64,000 bases of DNA from Vicugna vicugna (lineage: Eukaryota), in assembly GCA_013265495.1 (NCBI GenBank), contig MU057701.1:372001-436000 (forward strand), read 5' to 3'. Below, in pieces: positions 43,831 through 58,177 of the stretch (position 1 is its first letter; every line of letters begins with the position of its first letter). The notes beneath the pieces are model-generated. The model made no database searches. It was not told the DNA's origin and saw nothing but the letters and a program-made list of their open reading frames with translations. A program made the translations under genes and the position numbers.

Positions 43831-46800
43831 CTGCCACAAAAGAATAGCCATCATTAACCCCAAGACATTTAATACACGTTCTTCTCGATTTTATTATCAG
43901 CACACTATCAAGAACATGACTTCTTTCATGCTAAAAGAATAACTACAAGAGAAAAGCAGTGCTGTTTCAGTTCTAAGACATACATAAAGACAAGAAAAAA
44001 CATGGGGCAATCACCATATCTAACCCACTACAGCCAACAGCCAGGCAGGATCACACCAAAATCACATGGAGAATTAATCTTAAAGCTCTCCAGTGAAAAT
44101 AGTGTTCAACCTATGATTTCTGGGTAAATGAGGACTATTAAACTGCAGAAATATTCACTGAATAAAATTCTCACTTTTTGACAGAGACCCAGTGCCACTA
44201 AAATGCATAAGAATAGAAACTGTAAACCTCAATATTTGATATTCTTAAGCAATTAAGAATTAGCTTTTATCAAAACCTGCGAAATTAACGAAGAACTCAA
44301 CTGTCAAAAGGTAAGAGAAAATGCTACCCAAATTGTTTGCCAGTGTTTACAGATTTAATTTAATATAATCACAAGGAGCACATACAAAATACACTCATTT
44401 TTATGCCATGTCATTTGAGACAATTTCTCACAACTGCTAATGGTTCAGCTGGTAAAACAATCTATATCCTCTTTACTGCGGAGTCCAAGATTCTATTTTT
44501 AGTTTATACACACTTCAGCTTCCTTTGCAAAAGAACAATTTGCTGAAAGAAAATATTTCGGAAATTGCATTTTTTTCTGATTATTTTCAAGGAAATGTTT
44601 TATTTAAGTATCAGTATAATATACTGCATTTAAAGGCCATTGGGCTTGTTCATAACATATTGATGAACACATCCTTTTGTTATATGATTCAATTTTTTAT
44701 TGCACAAATAACATAACAACATTAATAAAATTAGACATAGAAGCTCACCATGCGCTTACCACTCAACAAACTGTTTTTACTTACTCATATTCTCTTCCAA
44801 TTTTGATTAATATTTACATAATTTTTCACATGATTATGTGATGTAAATATAACTTAAGTCCTCCTTCTGCTTTACTTCCCCTTGGCACATTCGATACTTT
44901 CCATGTTATGAGTGTTTATATTTATATCATTACCTATCTAATGTTTCATCAAGTAGATACATCAATTAATTTATTCTGTTCCCTTGCTCCAGAACAGTTC
45001 CAATTTTAACTATTAAAAATAACACTGCAATAACCATCTTTCTATATATTTACTTTATTGAATTTTATTCAATTACTTTCAGTTTAGGCCAACCTGTTGT
45101 CTCACTCCATCCACGTTACACATCGCTCATTGCCTCAACTGACAATCTCAATACGTGAGTAATTCCAATGATATATCGTTAAGAATGTCTTGAGTATCTT
45201 AACAAAATTCCACAGTAAGCCCACATCGCCCTCAGATCTTACAATTCCTAAAACTATTCAGATCTGATCTTTGGCAAGTCATTTTATCTCTCTGGCCCTC
45301 AGTGTGGTCATCTGTAAAACTGAAACACGTAAAAATGTGTTGTAAGGATCAAATGATACAATGCAAGTAAAGTTGCTCTGAGGAAAAATGACAGTCCTCC
45401 TAAGGTCTGGATTACTTACATTCACCAAGCCTGTTTCATGCCCTATAAAATGCAGGTGAGAGTAGCTACCTAATAAGGTTGTAGTAGAGATTAATTGTGT
45501 TAATTATATAAAGTATCTAGCACAGTCTCCTTGTAAGAGTTCCCTAGATGCTACCTTCTCCTCTAAAAATTACAAACAGTATTGAGAAGGGCTGAGGAAA
45601 TGTCGTAGTTCCTATTCAGCAACTGGGATAGGAAGAAACTAGTTGTCAAAAGCTGAAGAATGTTTCAGGGAAATGAAAAAAATCTAAGAATATTTCAATC
45701 TTATATTACTATGTTATGTTTAAAGAGTATTAAATGGCATGAAATTTTACAAACACCTTTCATAGATCTTTGAAAGGTATTTGTTGAATTTTATTTTGCA
45801 AAGTTTCTCCCATTACATTCATGTTTGAACGTCTCAATATTTGTCAAAATTAAATTTCCCCTTCCCCTCTCTAAAAATTTTAGACAAGAAGCATTAATGA
45901 TGCACTTTCTTCTAGTGCGTCTTTAAACGCAATTCAGTGTATGTCTTGCAGGACCCCACATGAAGAACTATGGCAAAGAAACCGTCAGCTATTATAGATA
46001 AAGCTATCCTGCTACGGTGTCTTATAACAAAGTCAAACTGCAATGCTGCCAATCTGTTCCCATATTATCTTTAATATCTTGAAAAAGCTGGAAAGAAAAC
46101 AAAGTGTAGCCTAGTGTATTATAAAACATCTGAAATACGTCTTACTTGGAATGTTTTGGACCAGAAAATGAGTAACATTAAAGGACTATTTATTCAACTG
46201 CTTCAACAAAAATCGCCTCTGTAAGGGTTTGATAAGCCCCTGGCTATCAAAAGGAATGGATTAACAGTTAAAATATAATTTCCCTGGCTCGTAAACAATT
46301 ACCTGCAATGAGAAAGGTAATTTAAAACAAGCTTAAAGTTCAGGAAATGTTGAGTATTACTCTGTATTTTTCTGTATTTTACATTTTCAGTAACATGACC
46401 ATACTATGTTATTTCTTTCGTCAAGTCCTTAGTTATTTCTTAAATCTTTTATTGAAGAGCATAGCCTAACCAGGGTAGTATTTTTCCAAAATTTTCGAAG
46501 AAATTTTTAAATTACCATTAAACTAAATCCTTTAGACATTAATAAAGTGAACTTATTCACTGCTTGGATATAATCACATTCTCAGGACCAATACATCAGG
46601 AACTGGATGAAAAATGAAAATAGATTTATTTTATAAATACATAAAATAAATTTATAAATAAACTCCTTTCCTAAGTATAAGCCACTTAAATTTGACAAGA
46701 ATTGTCAAATGTATATGGGGGATGTTATATAAACAGACTCCAAACAGTGGAAGACCTAAATGAGGTTAAAATGTCCATTTGTCACGAGTATCAAAAAGTG

Positions 46801-48645
46801 TAACATAAATCAGAATAACTCTGTGGCAAACTTCTCACTAGTGTCCATTTTTCCAAATTGGTTTTTTTCCCACCATTCTTCTCCTCTGCCTCAGCCCTTT
46901 TACTCCTGCCCTCTCTTTTCTTCCAACTGCAACACACAATGCTTTTAGAGATGTGGGCTGCAGCTTTTGTGGCATTTTATGTCCTTCCTACCAAGGTCTT
47001 TTACAGATAAAATGTTTCCTTTATAAAATGCTTTTAGAAAATGAAAAGCCCTAACAATACTCAATATTAGGTATCGCTGAGACCTCTTCTGAATATTTTA
47101 TCTCCAGCTTTAAATACTAAATATACTTTCTCTCATTCTCTCCTCCCACCCCACCCCCCAATCCCTGTCACCTTGCTCTTGCTCCTTTCAGTATTCAGTC
47201 CTTAATCAGGTCACAAAAATATTTCTATCTCTTTCACAGCCTCCTTGGGTGTGCAACGAACTTTAAAGCTAAGATCTAATTGTGTATTTCTGGAAGTACT
47301 CTTTCTTTCAGTTGCAGTCCTGTGTAAAGATTCCAGGACTCCTTTCTTCTGGATGTTTTCACATTACAGAAACATAGGTCATTTCTCCTGGTTTATTTCC
47401 AGTGTTTAGTTTAAATATTAGAGCTAATTCACTGAATAGCCCTCAACTTCCTCATTACTATACAAATATAAAATAATTATACATAGTAAAAAGCTGGTAA
47501 CACAAGCATAAAAACAAACCTGAAATCTGGTTCCCCAGAACATCATAGAAGGTTTTTATTTCCTCTACATATGCTTGAATAAACTTTTTACTTAAGGCAC
47601 TGTTAAAATGGTATTTGCAAAAGTAGCCTGTCTTACACTGTGTGTGCATTAGAGAGACAAGAGAGAATTTGCTGCTTGCAGAGGCTTCAACCTTCTCTTT
47701 ATAAAGAATCTCAGTTTCCAGTATGCATTTGCTATTAAGTTACAGGAAAGTTAACCTCTGTTAACTGTTCAATAACTGAATTGAGATGCTGTTTCTATTT
47801 TTAAAAATCAATTTAACTGTATTTTTTTAATCTTAAAAGTCTTCCACCGCCTTCATGTCAATTTCAGAAGTCAACATCTTGCCATCTCCCTCGTAAGCTC
47901 TCAGAGGAAAGCCTGACTGGGGAGAAGCCTCTGCCAAGGCATTCCCTTACCTCATTGTTTCCATGGTTGATTTGCTTACTTTAAAAAAAAAAAAAATTTG
48001 CCTACTGAGAAAAACTCTAATATTTTGCTATTCTCCTGACTATTTTCTTGGCCCTATGGGAGAGGGCTGTATTTTCAGGTGTTCACAATACTCTTAATTT
48101 TAGTTCCCTACTTTGGTATAGTTTTTACTGAGATTTTATAAGACAAGGTACCACTCATTTTCAATCTTCTCTTTTTATGTATAATTTCAGTAAATATAAA
48201 ACTAATGTTAATATTTATTGCACGAGTGAAAAACAACATGAAGTACATTTACAATGTCACTCATGACCATAACTGACACCCTGCATAAATAAGAAAAGGC
48301 CTAGAACAGTCATACAACCATGATGAGACATTTGCAATTGGGTTAAAAGGATAGTAAGTCAAAAGACTATTGCTTACTTAAATATCTACTAATACAAAAA
48401 AAAAAAAAAGAGAGACTCTGCATACTAAGAGAATAACAGTCCTCAAACTTAATTCATATATTAAATAAACACTCACTTCCTTGATTTATATTCTATTCCA
48501 AAATTAGTATTCTATAATTTAGCTTTTTATCCCTATCAACTTAAATATAAGAACTTTACTTTAAATAGTTAATAGGCATTATGGAGAAATGAAGAGTGAA
48601 AGTCAAAATCCTATTCCAGAAAGCCTTTGGTTTCTATTGGAGAAC

Positions 48646-49140
48646 AACTGGTATAGCCATACTGTGGAACACTACTCAGCCACAAAAAGGATGAACTAAT
48701 AATAAACACGAAAACTTGGATGGATATCAATACGTGATGAGAGAAAAAAAAGTCATCTTAAAAAGGTCACATACAGTTGGTTCCATTATGTACTACTTTC
48801 AAAATGACAAGATTACAGAGATGGAGAATAGATTAGTGGTTGCCAAGGGTTACACGTGGTGGGAAGGCGGATGGTGAGCGTAACCATAAAGGGTAGCACA
48901 AGAGAGATCTTCACTGTGATGGATTAGTTCTGCATCCTGACTTGTATTGGGGGTTACATGAATCTACACATGATAAAATGACATAAAATTATACATATTC
49001 TTTGAACAAATGTCAATTTTCTCGTTTTGATATTGTTTTCTAGTTACGTAAGATGTAACCAGTGGGGAAAAGGTACATGGGACCTCTCTGCACTACTTTT
49101 GCAACTTCCTGTGAATCTATAATTGTTTCCAAATAAAAAG
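48646..49140 (+). mobile_element. L1MC/MD-like 3' UTR
   Basis: actactcagccacaaaaagg...agattagtggttgccaaggg...tttgcaacttcctgtgaatcta...aataaaaag; imperfect TSD ct(a/g)ttggagaa. Confidence 0.8.
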
Positions 49141-50399
49141 GTTTTTTTTTTCTTTTAATTCCTGTTGGAGAAATAAAAGTTTATATACATGAAATTAAAA
49201 AAAACATTTCCTATAACTGGATCTAAAGAACAAGTAATTAAGAAATATTATTGGACTGCATCCCTATTTAAGTCTAGTCAACAGTAAAAACTGGATGGAC
49301 TAGAGGCTTGAAGATACAAATTCTTGTCCCACTCAACTAATGATTATCTAAGTGATCCTGAGCCTCAGTTTTTTCTTTCTAGAATATAAAATACCTGTTT
49401 GCCTTCCCCCGTACCAAGTTTATCATACCAAACAGAATAATGTCTATAAAACCCTAAAGAACACACAGGCAGTAGCTCAGGGTAAAGAGAAGGAACACAT
49501 GGCCTTTTAGATCAGACAGACCTCACTTCAAAACCACAGTTCCACTCTAGAATGGCTCTGTGTTCTAAAGCAAGTTACTTGATCTCACAAAGTCTGTTTC
49601 CTCACCTATATAACTGGAATGATATTACAATGTGATTAAATAAAATAACCTATCTCAGAGGGTCTGACTCAGACGTAATTCTGAATAGTTACCCCATTAA
49701 CTATTTTCCCCCAAATTTTAATTGTCATAAAATCTATTTAATCAAAACTCTTCAGAGAAGGAAAATGTGAAAGGTTCAATCAATCATGTATCAATTTGTC
49801 TTTTTTGATACAGTCAGCATCTATTCAACAGGGGTTTTTGGTTACTGAATCATTTACTTCACAGGGCAAGTATCATAATAAATGTCAGTAGATGCCCCAA
49901 ACTCTTGTTTGTATTACTTTCTTAAATTAATGACACTCTCAGCTAGGGTTTAAAAATCTTGCAGCCTTATGAAAAATATTCTTTGATGTATATAATGATT
50001 GAATTTGACCTATATTTTACATGTAGCATAATACTCTTTTAGTTAAGACTATCTTTTGATTTCACTTTCTCCAGTTACCTCATTCCATTTTGTCAGTGTA
50101 AAAAATGTGAGTTTCCTATATGATGAATACGTCAAAGGTAGAAAAAGAATCTTTATTTAGGAAAGTTTTCCTGTTGTGCCAAACACAACTTAAGTTCAAA
50201 TAATGAAAACAGACTTCACTACCTCACTTACCCAGTGGTCACTGGCTTGGCAACCCTCATTATCCAGAACACACCACCAAACTCCATGAACTTAAAGCCT
50301 GTGTAGTTTATTTTCCAGATGCCCTTGAGTCCTCACTTAATCTATTCCTTATTTAAGTAGAATTCCAACTTTTAAATTTTATGACTGATTAGTTTCTGG

Positions 50400-50735
50400 T
50401 TTCGACAAATCAGCCATTAAAAAAACATTTTGGGGACAACCAGGTAAATCTGATCATGGATTGGGTTTTAGATAACACTAGGGAATTATGGTCAATTTTA
50501 TGAGGTTAATAATAATATTAGGGTTATACAGTTATGACCTTATTTTTTAGAGATGCATGCTGAAGTATTTAAGAATAAATATCATGATGTCTATAATTGT
50601 TTTTAAATAGTTCAGGAAAAATTAATGAAGTAAATATGGCAAAAGGTTATAATCCAAGTTTCAAGAATATGAATGTTTATTATACTATTTCCCCTACTTC
50701 CCTGTGTTTTAAATTTTTCATAATAAAAAAATTTT
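50400..50735 (+). mobile_element. Old L1M 3' end
   Basis: aaaacattttggggacaa...gagatgcatgctgaagtattt...aaatttttcataataaaa. Confidence 0.65.
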
Positions 50736-53506
50736 TTTAATGTTTTTTAACTCCATGACAAAGACTGCCTGTCTGATTTCCTATCCCTGACTGAGAAAGT
50801 GAAACCAGAAGGTCAGATGCAGCAAGTGGAGAAGAGGGGGAGGGAAGCTGCAATGAGGCATGTTGAGAGTTGCAAGGAATGCGAAGTGACAGCCTGGACA
50901 GTAAGGGAACAGACATTAAGACAATGCTGTAGTACATAAAATGCAAACATAAGTCTGGGGCCAGTAAGGCAGGAGCTGCTCAGGCTATCCAGTTTACAAA
51001 GCAGTGTAATAATTAACACAGATTGAGATTCTCATCCTGCTTTTTATCACTAACTGATTGTCTGAACATGGTATTTTATCTTATATAAAAATAACCTTGC
51101 TGTGCACCTAAAACTAATGTAATATTGTAAGTCAACTATACTTCAACTTAAAAAAGAAAAGTTACAAAAAGGTGAAAATGAAAAAAACTACACATAAAAG
51201 TAGAACTCTGCAACTAGCAAATATATACCGGTAAACTTGGGCAATATTCCCAAATGTTGACTTCAAATGAACAACTTTATACACATTTAAGTAAGCACTT
51301 CCACGTTCTTACTTGTCACATAAATGATAACAAGGAATGCACAGAATGTAATCAATGAACCTTACTGCAAGCTAACCAATTTTCCGCTCTTCCACACAGC
51401 ACTGCAATGAACACCATTCCACAAACAATTTTTCCCTTCTTTTGGAATATTTACTTGGGACAGTATCCCAGAAATGGGATTAGTGGGTCAGACGTATGAA
51501 CATACTACCAAGCTGTATTCTGCTTCATACTCCACCAATACCACAAGCATACAGTCACTTCACTATAACCTGATCTCAGACACGGGTTAAACTTTTTCCC
51601 CACATGACAGACACATAATCAGTATACCAACCCTGCGTATCATTAATGTATACAATTTGGTGAGTTTGGACATACACATACACTTGTATTACTATGATCA
51701 CAATTCAGGTAACAGATTTATCCTTCACCTCCAAGGTTTCCTGGTTAAATTTTTATTTTGGTAATTTAGTGCTTGTAAAATAGTATCTAACTTTAAAATA
51801 GTAAGTAAAACAATTACCAGAAAAATGCAACATTTTACCATATGCTCCTTCACCAATAGTATTTATTCTGTGACTTTTCATTTAATCTTCTGGGACTTTG
51901 TATGTCCCCAAATGAGAAGTATCAACCTCACTAATACTCAAGCAAGTGAAAATTAAAGAAAGAGAGGCTATTTCTCACACATGAGATTGTCAAAATGGCA
52001 AAACTGAGAGGCTTCAGTGTTAGTGAGATCACAGGGACTGGGCATTCTCACATACTGCTGATGGCTGTGTGCATTTGAAACTAATCTAATGATGTCTATT
52101 AAAATTAACCTAGACAACCAACTTTTAAGACTAAGGACCTAGAAATAAAGGCAACGGTAAGAAAGCATGTATGTTTATTATAGGATGGACTATGACAAAC
52201 TAGAAAACTCGAACCACCTAAATGTCCATCAACATGAGAACAGTTGAATACATTATGGCACATATTTAATACGGAATATTAAGCAGGAATTGGAGCTGAT
52301 GTATTGTTAACTTGGAAAGATATCCATGATCTATTGGTACAGAAGAAAGCAAACTGCTTTGTGATGATCATATGACTCTTTTTTAATTTTTAAAGGAAAA
52401 ACCTTATCTATGTATTAGTAGCATTTGTGTTTATCACTGTGGAGAAAGGTAAAGAAGATACAGCAAGCTAATAACATGATTTCTTCAGATGGGGAGGAAA
52501 GGGAAATGATTCCCTTCTTCAGATTCCTCTATCTTATCTGATTTATCATTATCTTGCTTGTTGGTAATTTTTAATTATCCATAGATATAAAGATTTTTTT
52601 AATGGAAGACTGTACTAGAACTCTCTCAACTGCCAATTAACTCCCAAAGTGTACAATTCTATGAAACAATGTTCACAAAGAGGTCGCAGAATCTTTAATG
52701 AATGGTTAAATTATGTTCAATATGCCACAGGAATTGGTAAGATTGTTTTGTAAGGTTTACAACAAAAACAGCTTATACTTTTAAAAGTTTTGACACAAAG
52801 GAGTAAATAGGGAAAAAATTAATTTATGTTAAACACCTCAACACCCCCCCCAATTTGGATAACTGAAAACTGTATTATCCAAATCACTGAGCTGTGCAAA
52901 AATCCCAGCAAAGTGTGTGAGAATGTACACTGAACCCTTCTCCCACTCACTCCCTGATTCACTCTAGTGAACTGGCAGCAATCACCAAGAAAAGGATTCC
53001 TACTCTATGAGTATGCAAAGAGCAAGAATCTTACTAATCAATTCCCTGCCCGAAAGAAAATAGGAAAAAGCACTAAAGAGCATTCTAGTCACTCTCCTCT
53101 CTAAGGGGAATCCTCTACTGAAGGAGCAAAACATTTTAGGAGGCAGAAGCCCAGCTTTTCAATTTATCCAAGCTTAACATTTGAATCAATGTGTGTTACA
53201 GTTCTTAAAATATGGCTCTTTATTGACTGAAAATCCTATACACAGACCTTTAAAGGGCATTATCAATGTCCCAAGGGAGTGACAGCAACGTTAACACTTA
53301 TGACTAGGAACAGTGTTCACGTGTACACCCATCGTAGCAGGAAAGTCGTCATCCAAATTAGTCACTTGTCACCACTGTTAACGTAGGTTTTTTAAATATT
53401 ATAATCACTTTTGAAATTAGCACATGAAAAAATCAAATCTTAAACATTGCTTGATTAAATAATTCAAAATCTGCAAAGCAGAAAAGAATCCTGCTTTTAA
53501 ACATAC

Positions 53507-53543
53507 CATGCCTACAATCTTCATCGGCTTGCCCGTAGTTTTT
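53507..53543 (-). CDS. HELZ: HELZ coding exon 2 (37 nt, aa 71-83)
   Basis: ttttgcag|KNYGQADEDCRH(V)|gtatgt; too short for the ORF track. Confidence 0.95.
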
Positions 53544-53699
53544 CTGCAAAATAAAAGATATGAGATAAAATTAAGCAGTTCAAGGGCTGCTTAAAAACAG
53601 ATTTTATCAGAAAGCTCAGCTTTGTTTTAAAGTTTAGTCATGAATGTTGCAAAGTTAATATTCACAGAGCAAAGCTGGTAGAGGATGTACTCTACTAGA

Positions 53700-55640
53700 C
53701 ATGACAGTGCGCTTCCCTGGGCCACTTAACACTCCTTCTCACCTTCTCCAACCTCAAGTCACCAGAATCTCTTCCCTGATCCTCACTCTCAGCTAATGAC
53801 TTTACTGAGTCAACTTGAAGCCCTGAGAGGAGTATTCCCAGAGACTGTCACCACCCCTTCCACCCGCTTCGCAGCACACTCTCTGCCTTCCCCGTTACCA
53901 GGTGAACCACCCTGGTCCTGTCTACGGCCCCTCCCACCGCCCGTGCAGATCTGCTCCATGGCCTGCTCAAGAACATTGCTCCAGCAAGACCCTTCTATTT
54001 CTCGTTAGTTTTTTGTTTTCTGTTGGTTCAGTCCTCTAAACAAACAGGCTCTTATTTCTCTCATTTAAAAAGAATCTTTCTCTTGACTTCACTTCTCCCA
54101 CCAACTACCATTCAGTTTTTTATGCCTCTTCGGGGCAAAACGGCTCAAGAATTGTCTCTATTATGTATTTAAATTCCTTCCCTCTGATCCTCTTTTTTAT
54201 TTACTTATTTATTTTTGGAGGGGGAGGTAATTAGGTTTACTTATTTATTTACTTATTTATTTATTTTTAATGGAGGTACTGGGGATTGAACCCAGGACCT
54301 CATGCATGCTAGGCACACACTCTGAGCTATATCCTCCCCTCCCTGATTCTCTCTTAAACTCTCTTTTGTCAGGCTTTCACCCGCCTCTGCATGGAAGCCA
54401 CTCTCATGGAGCTCACCAATGATCTCCTTTGTATCCACTTACATACATTTACATGTACCCATTTAGACACATTGTCATTTCTCAGTCAACTCTGAATTCC
54501 CAGGACTCTATTCACAGCCATTGACATTGTTGAACATTTCCTAATTTGCAGACCCTCTTCCCCTGGCTCCCAGGACACCTTACTGTCTTAAGTTTTCCGT
54601 AACCTCATGGGTTGCTCTTCAGGCTGCTTTGCTGCTTCTCCTCAACCTCTTAACACAAGTTCCACAAGAATAAGTCCTCAGTCCACTCCTCTTCTCTATC
54701 TACACTCCTTCCCCTGGTGACCTGACCCAAGTGTAAGATTTTATATATCATCTAAAGGCCACAGACTCTTTAGTTAGCATCTTTAGCCCAGACCTCTCCC
54801 CCAAACTTCAGACCCGCATCTGCAACTGCTTACTCAACATCTCCAGCTGGGTATCTACGTGACATCTCAAACTCAGTATGCCTAAAATGAACTCTTCCCC
54901 ATAAAACCTGTTCCCCATCTATGCCCTCTCACCTCAGTAGAAAGAAACTCCACTTTTCCAATTGCTCAGACAAAAAAAAAAAAAGTCAGAGTAAGTAAAC
55001 TGTGACTGCTCTGTATCTCTCACTCCTTGCCTTTAATACGTTAGGAAATCCTCTTAGTTATACCTTCAAATTATAACCAGAACCAAACCACTTCTCACCA
55101 TCTATGCTGCTACCATGTTGGTCTAAGCCACTTCATCTCTGGCCCAGATTATTCCAAAAGCTTCCAAACTAGTCTCCCTGTATCTATTCTTATCCCTTTA
55201 TCCTTACAGTCTATTCTCAACACAAAGGCCAAACAATTCCTGTTAAGTCAGATCATGCCACTCCTCTGCTCAAAATCCCACAATAGCTCCCCACCTCAAG
55301 CAGAACAGAAACCAGTCCTTACAGTGACCTGGAGGCCCCACAGGATCTACCTTGTCACCCTCCGCCCTTGTGTACTTTACTCCAGCACAATGGCCTCCTA
55401 GCTCTTCCTCAAACATGGCAGGCATGCTTCTGCCTCAGGAACTTTGTGCTGACTTTGTGGAACTTTGTGTGAATCTGAAGTGTTTACAATGCCTACTGTT
55501 TATTGCCTGTCCCTCTACTAGAAAAAGTACTATGAAGGAGGGCTCTTTCTCTTTCTCTTTCTTTTTCACCAACGTGTACCAGATACCTAGACCAGTGTCC
55601 ACCACACAGTGCACTCAAAAAATATCTGTTGAATGAGTGA
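53700..55640 (+). mobile_element. Long L2 LINE fragment interrupted by a SINE
   Basis: RT-region and 3' L2 motifs; ends cacacagtgcactcaaaaaatatctgttgaatgagtga. Confidence 0.8.
54193..54340 (-). mobile_element. tRNA-derived SINE (camelid-type), sense to HELZ
   Basis: Reverse complement reads ggggaggatatagctcagag...gaggtcctgggttcaatccccagtacctcc...(AAAT)n-cctaattacctccccc; imperfect ctgat(c/t)ct TSD. Confidence 0.88.
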
Positions 55641-55835
55641 ATAATCCAAAATGCTATGCAACAGTAAAACTTTCAAGGCTTAAAAACACAGTTGCTTGCC
55701 ATCAAAGATATTCAGCAATCACCAGCCACTTCACTCATCTCTTCAACCCAGGATTTGGTGATCTGTAGGGGGAGTGACCAACAAAAGTCCCCACTCAATG
55801 AGAAGGGTCACTTTACGTGATTCAGCATTAGTTTA

Positions 55836-56066
<231 letters not shown>

Positions 56067-56569
56067 TCAGGGACAAAAATCCTAAAGACAGGAAGAAAGA
56101 ACAAATAGTAAGTTTAAAAACTTATTAATTATAAATTCTAGCCCCATCCCTATCTCAGTTGGCTTAATTATCTATCTGAATAGTTACTCTCAACCAGCCT
56201 TTGGATCAAGGTCACAGCTAAGCGGCAGCTACTGATGCTACAAAATCTATATTTCTCATGCAGTTTTAATGAAGATCCAAGCAAAATGTCAACCATAAGT
56301 CAGGATCATTCCTACAATACATCAAATTTATAAATGAGGCAAATTTATAAATGAAACATGACTCTGAATAGTGCAAAGTGTAACAAACCAGGGAGGCTTC
56401 TCTTTCTTTTTTTTAACCAGAAGGTGTAGGAATGTTTCATACCCAAACCTCCTATTTTCAGTCTTATAATTCTGTAACTGAGACTGCAGAGAATCAAAGT
56501 CTGTACCATATAGGATTTTTCCCATCAATATAAAAAAACTGGCTAAAACGCAAGTTTGAACTACCTATG

Positions 56570-57060
56570 AACTCAACTCAGCAAACGTTTCCTGAGTCCA
56601 GGCCCTGCGCTAGCAGCACTGAGCTCAAAGATGGAGCACATAATCGCTGCTTTCAAGAAACTCAGATTCTAGCAAGAGAGGCAGAGCACAAGTGAACAAT
56701 TACAAGGAAGACATTCCATCTGCCAAAAGGCATGAGCTGGCCTTGAAAGACGAACACCAGCTCACTGTGCAGGGATGATAGGGAGGGCACACGGGAGTGC
56801 TTCAGAGAGAAGAGTGCCCGAGAAATCACCAAGGAGAGAAAGCATGCAACAGACTCCAGCTGTGTCAGACAGAAGGGAGCTATGAATGACCTCAAATGCC
56901 ACAAGGAGTGAGGGCTTTATTCCATAGGCAATGGAGCACGATGGAAAGTTTTAAAGGACCATCATATAGGAGCCCTGTGAAGAACTGGTGAGAAGCAGGC
57001 ACTGCCATTCATAAGAGACCACTGAACAGTCCAAGTAAGGGATACTGAGAACTCAAGCAG
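56570..57060 (-). mobile_element. L2 fragment
   Basis: caactcagcaaacgtttcctgagt...gggctttattccataggcaatggagc. Confidence 0.6.
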
Positions 57061-57280
57061 AGCCTCTCTGAGTTCTGTCACTCATGGAGAGGGAGGAGAA
57101 AACCTGGGCAGAGAAGACCTAAAATCCTTTCATCTGACAGTCACAACACTGGAGGATCACACTTGCCGGCCTCCTGTCCCCAGCTCCATCAAGCACGGAG
57201 ACCGCTTTTCTCACCTGCTCCCACCTCACTCCCTCTCCTGTTCTTCCCCACCTTCCACCTTACCTACTGGCCCCAAGGGA

Positions 57281-57701
57281 CAGGTCTCCTCTGCTTTTCC
57301 AAAGTTTGATTTACACGACTTCGCTTTTACAAAGGACCTACTTAGTACCTGTTTTCCTAACCAAAAGAAAGCCAAAGAGAATTTTCCCTTTTACAAAAAA
57401 GGGGGAAGGGCGAAAACAGCGTTCAGTGTGTTTTGCAGCAGCCCTTACAGAGGCAACTCACATTCCGAGCAGCCAGAGTGGCACCACCAAGCTCCTTCCC
57501 CAGGAGCCACACTCAGCACCTCAGCATCAAGCCACCATAGCTTTGAACCATGTCCACGAGCATCGATGCTTTATTTCGATTTACGTTATGCAACCATTAG
57601 CAAGAAGTGTCCTATGGTCACCACTTCTTCACTTTACACCATTTCAGCTTAGGAAAGGTTTTGCAGGAAGGCTCTTACTTTCAGACAGTGGGGGAAACCT
57701 G
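57281..57701 (-). mobile_element. Artiodactyl Tigger-type MITE (about 420 bp)
   Basis: Imperfect TIRs caggtctcctctgcttttccaaagt and (revcomp) caggtttcccccactgtctgaaagt, with TA at 57702-57703. Confidence 0.7.
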
Positions 57702-57939
57702 TACTTATTTGTCCTCCCGCCTCTCTCCAGCCTACACATCCACTCTGCCTGGCCTCTCTAGCTTTGATAAAGACAGCCTGGCTCCGCCCTCTGCCACTTA
57801 CATACTGCAGTGAAAGCTGAGGGGAGAAATTGTTGATGGGCAGCCAAAAGGCAGCAGCAGTGAGTGAGGGCTGACGACAGACATCAGAGGTCCAAGCCCC
57901 TTTTACTTTTGAGATGCCTGGTATATCAAAAAAATGTTG

Positions 57940-58177
57940 TTGGGGGTGGAGGGTGGGAAGGGATAGACTGGGATTTCAAAATTGTAGAATAGATAAACAA
58001 GATTCTACTGTATAGCACAGGGAAATATACACAAACTGTTATGATAACTCACAGAGAAAAAAAGTGACAATGAGTGTGTATATGTCCATGAATGACTGAA
58101 AAATTGTGCTGAACACTGGAATTTGACACAACATTGTAAAATGATTATAAGTCAATAAAAAATGTTTAAAAAAAAAA
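57940..58177 (+). mobile_element. Young lineage L1 3' end
   Basis: gggaagggatagactgggatttcaaaattgtagaatagataaacaag...caataaaaaatgtttaaaaaaa; aaaaaa(t)gttg flanks; last ~85 bp nearly identical to the 23814 copy. Confidence 0.88.

Noticed and set aside
57306..57761. Longest ORF in the track (151 aa, + strand)
   Set aside because: Lies almost wholly within a Tigger-type MITE, has a non-ATG start and no recognisable domain.
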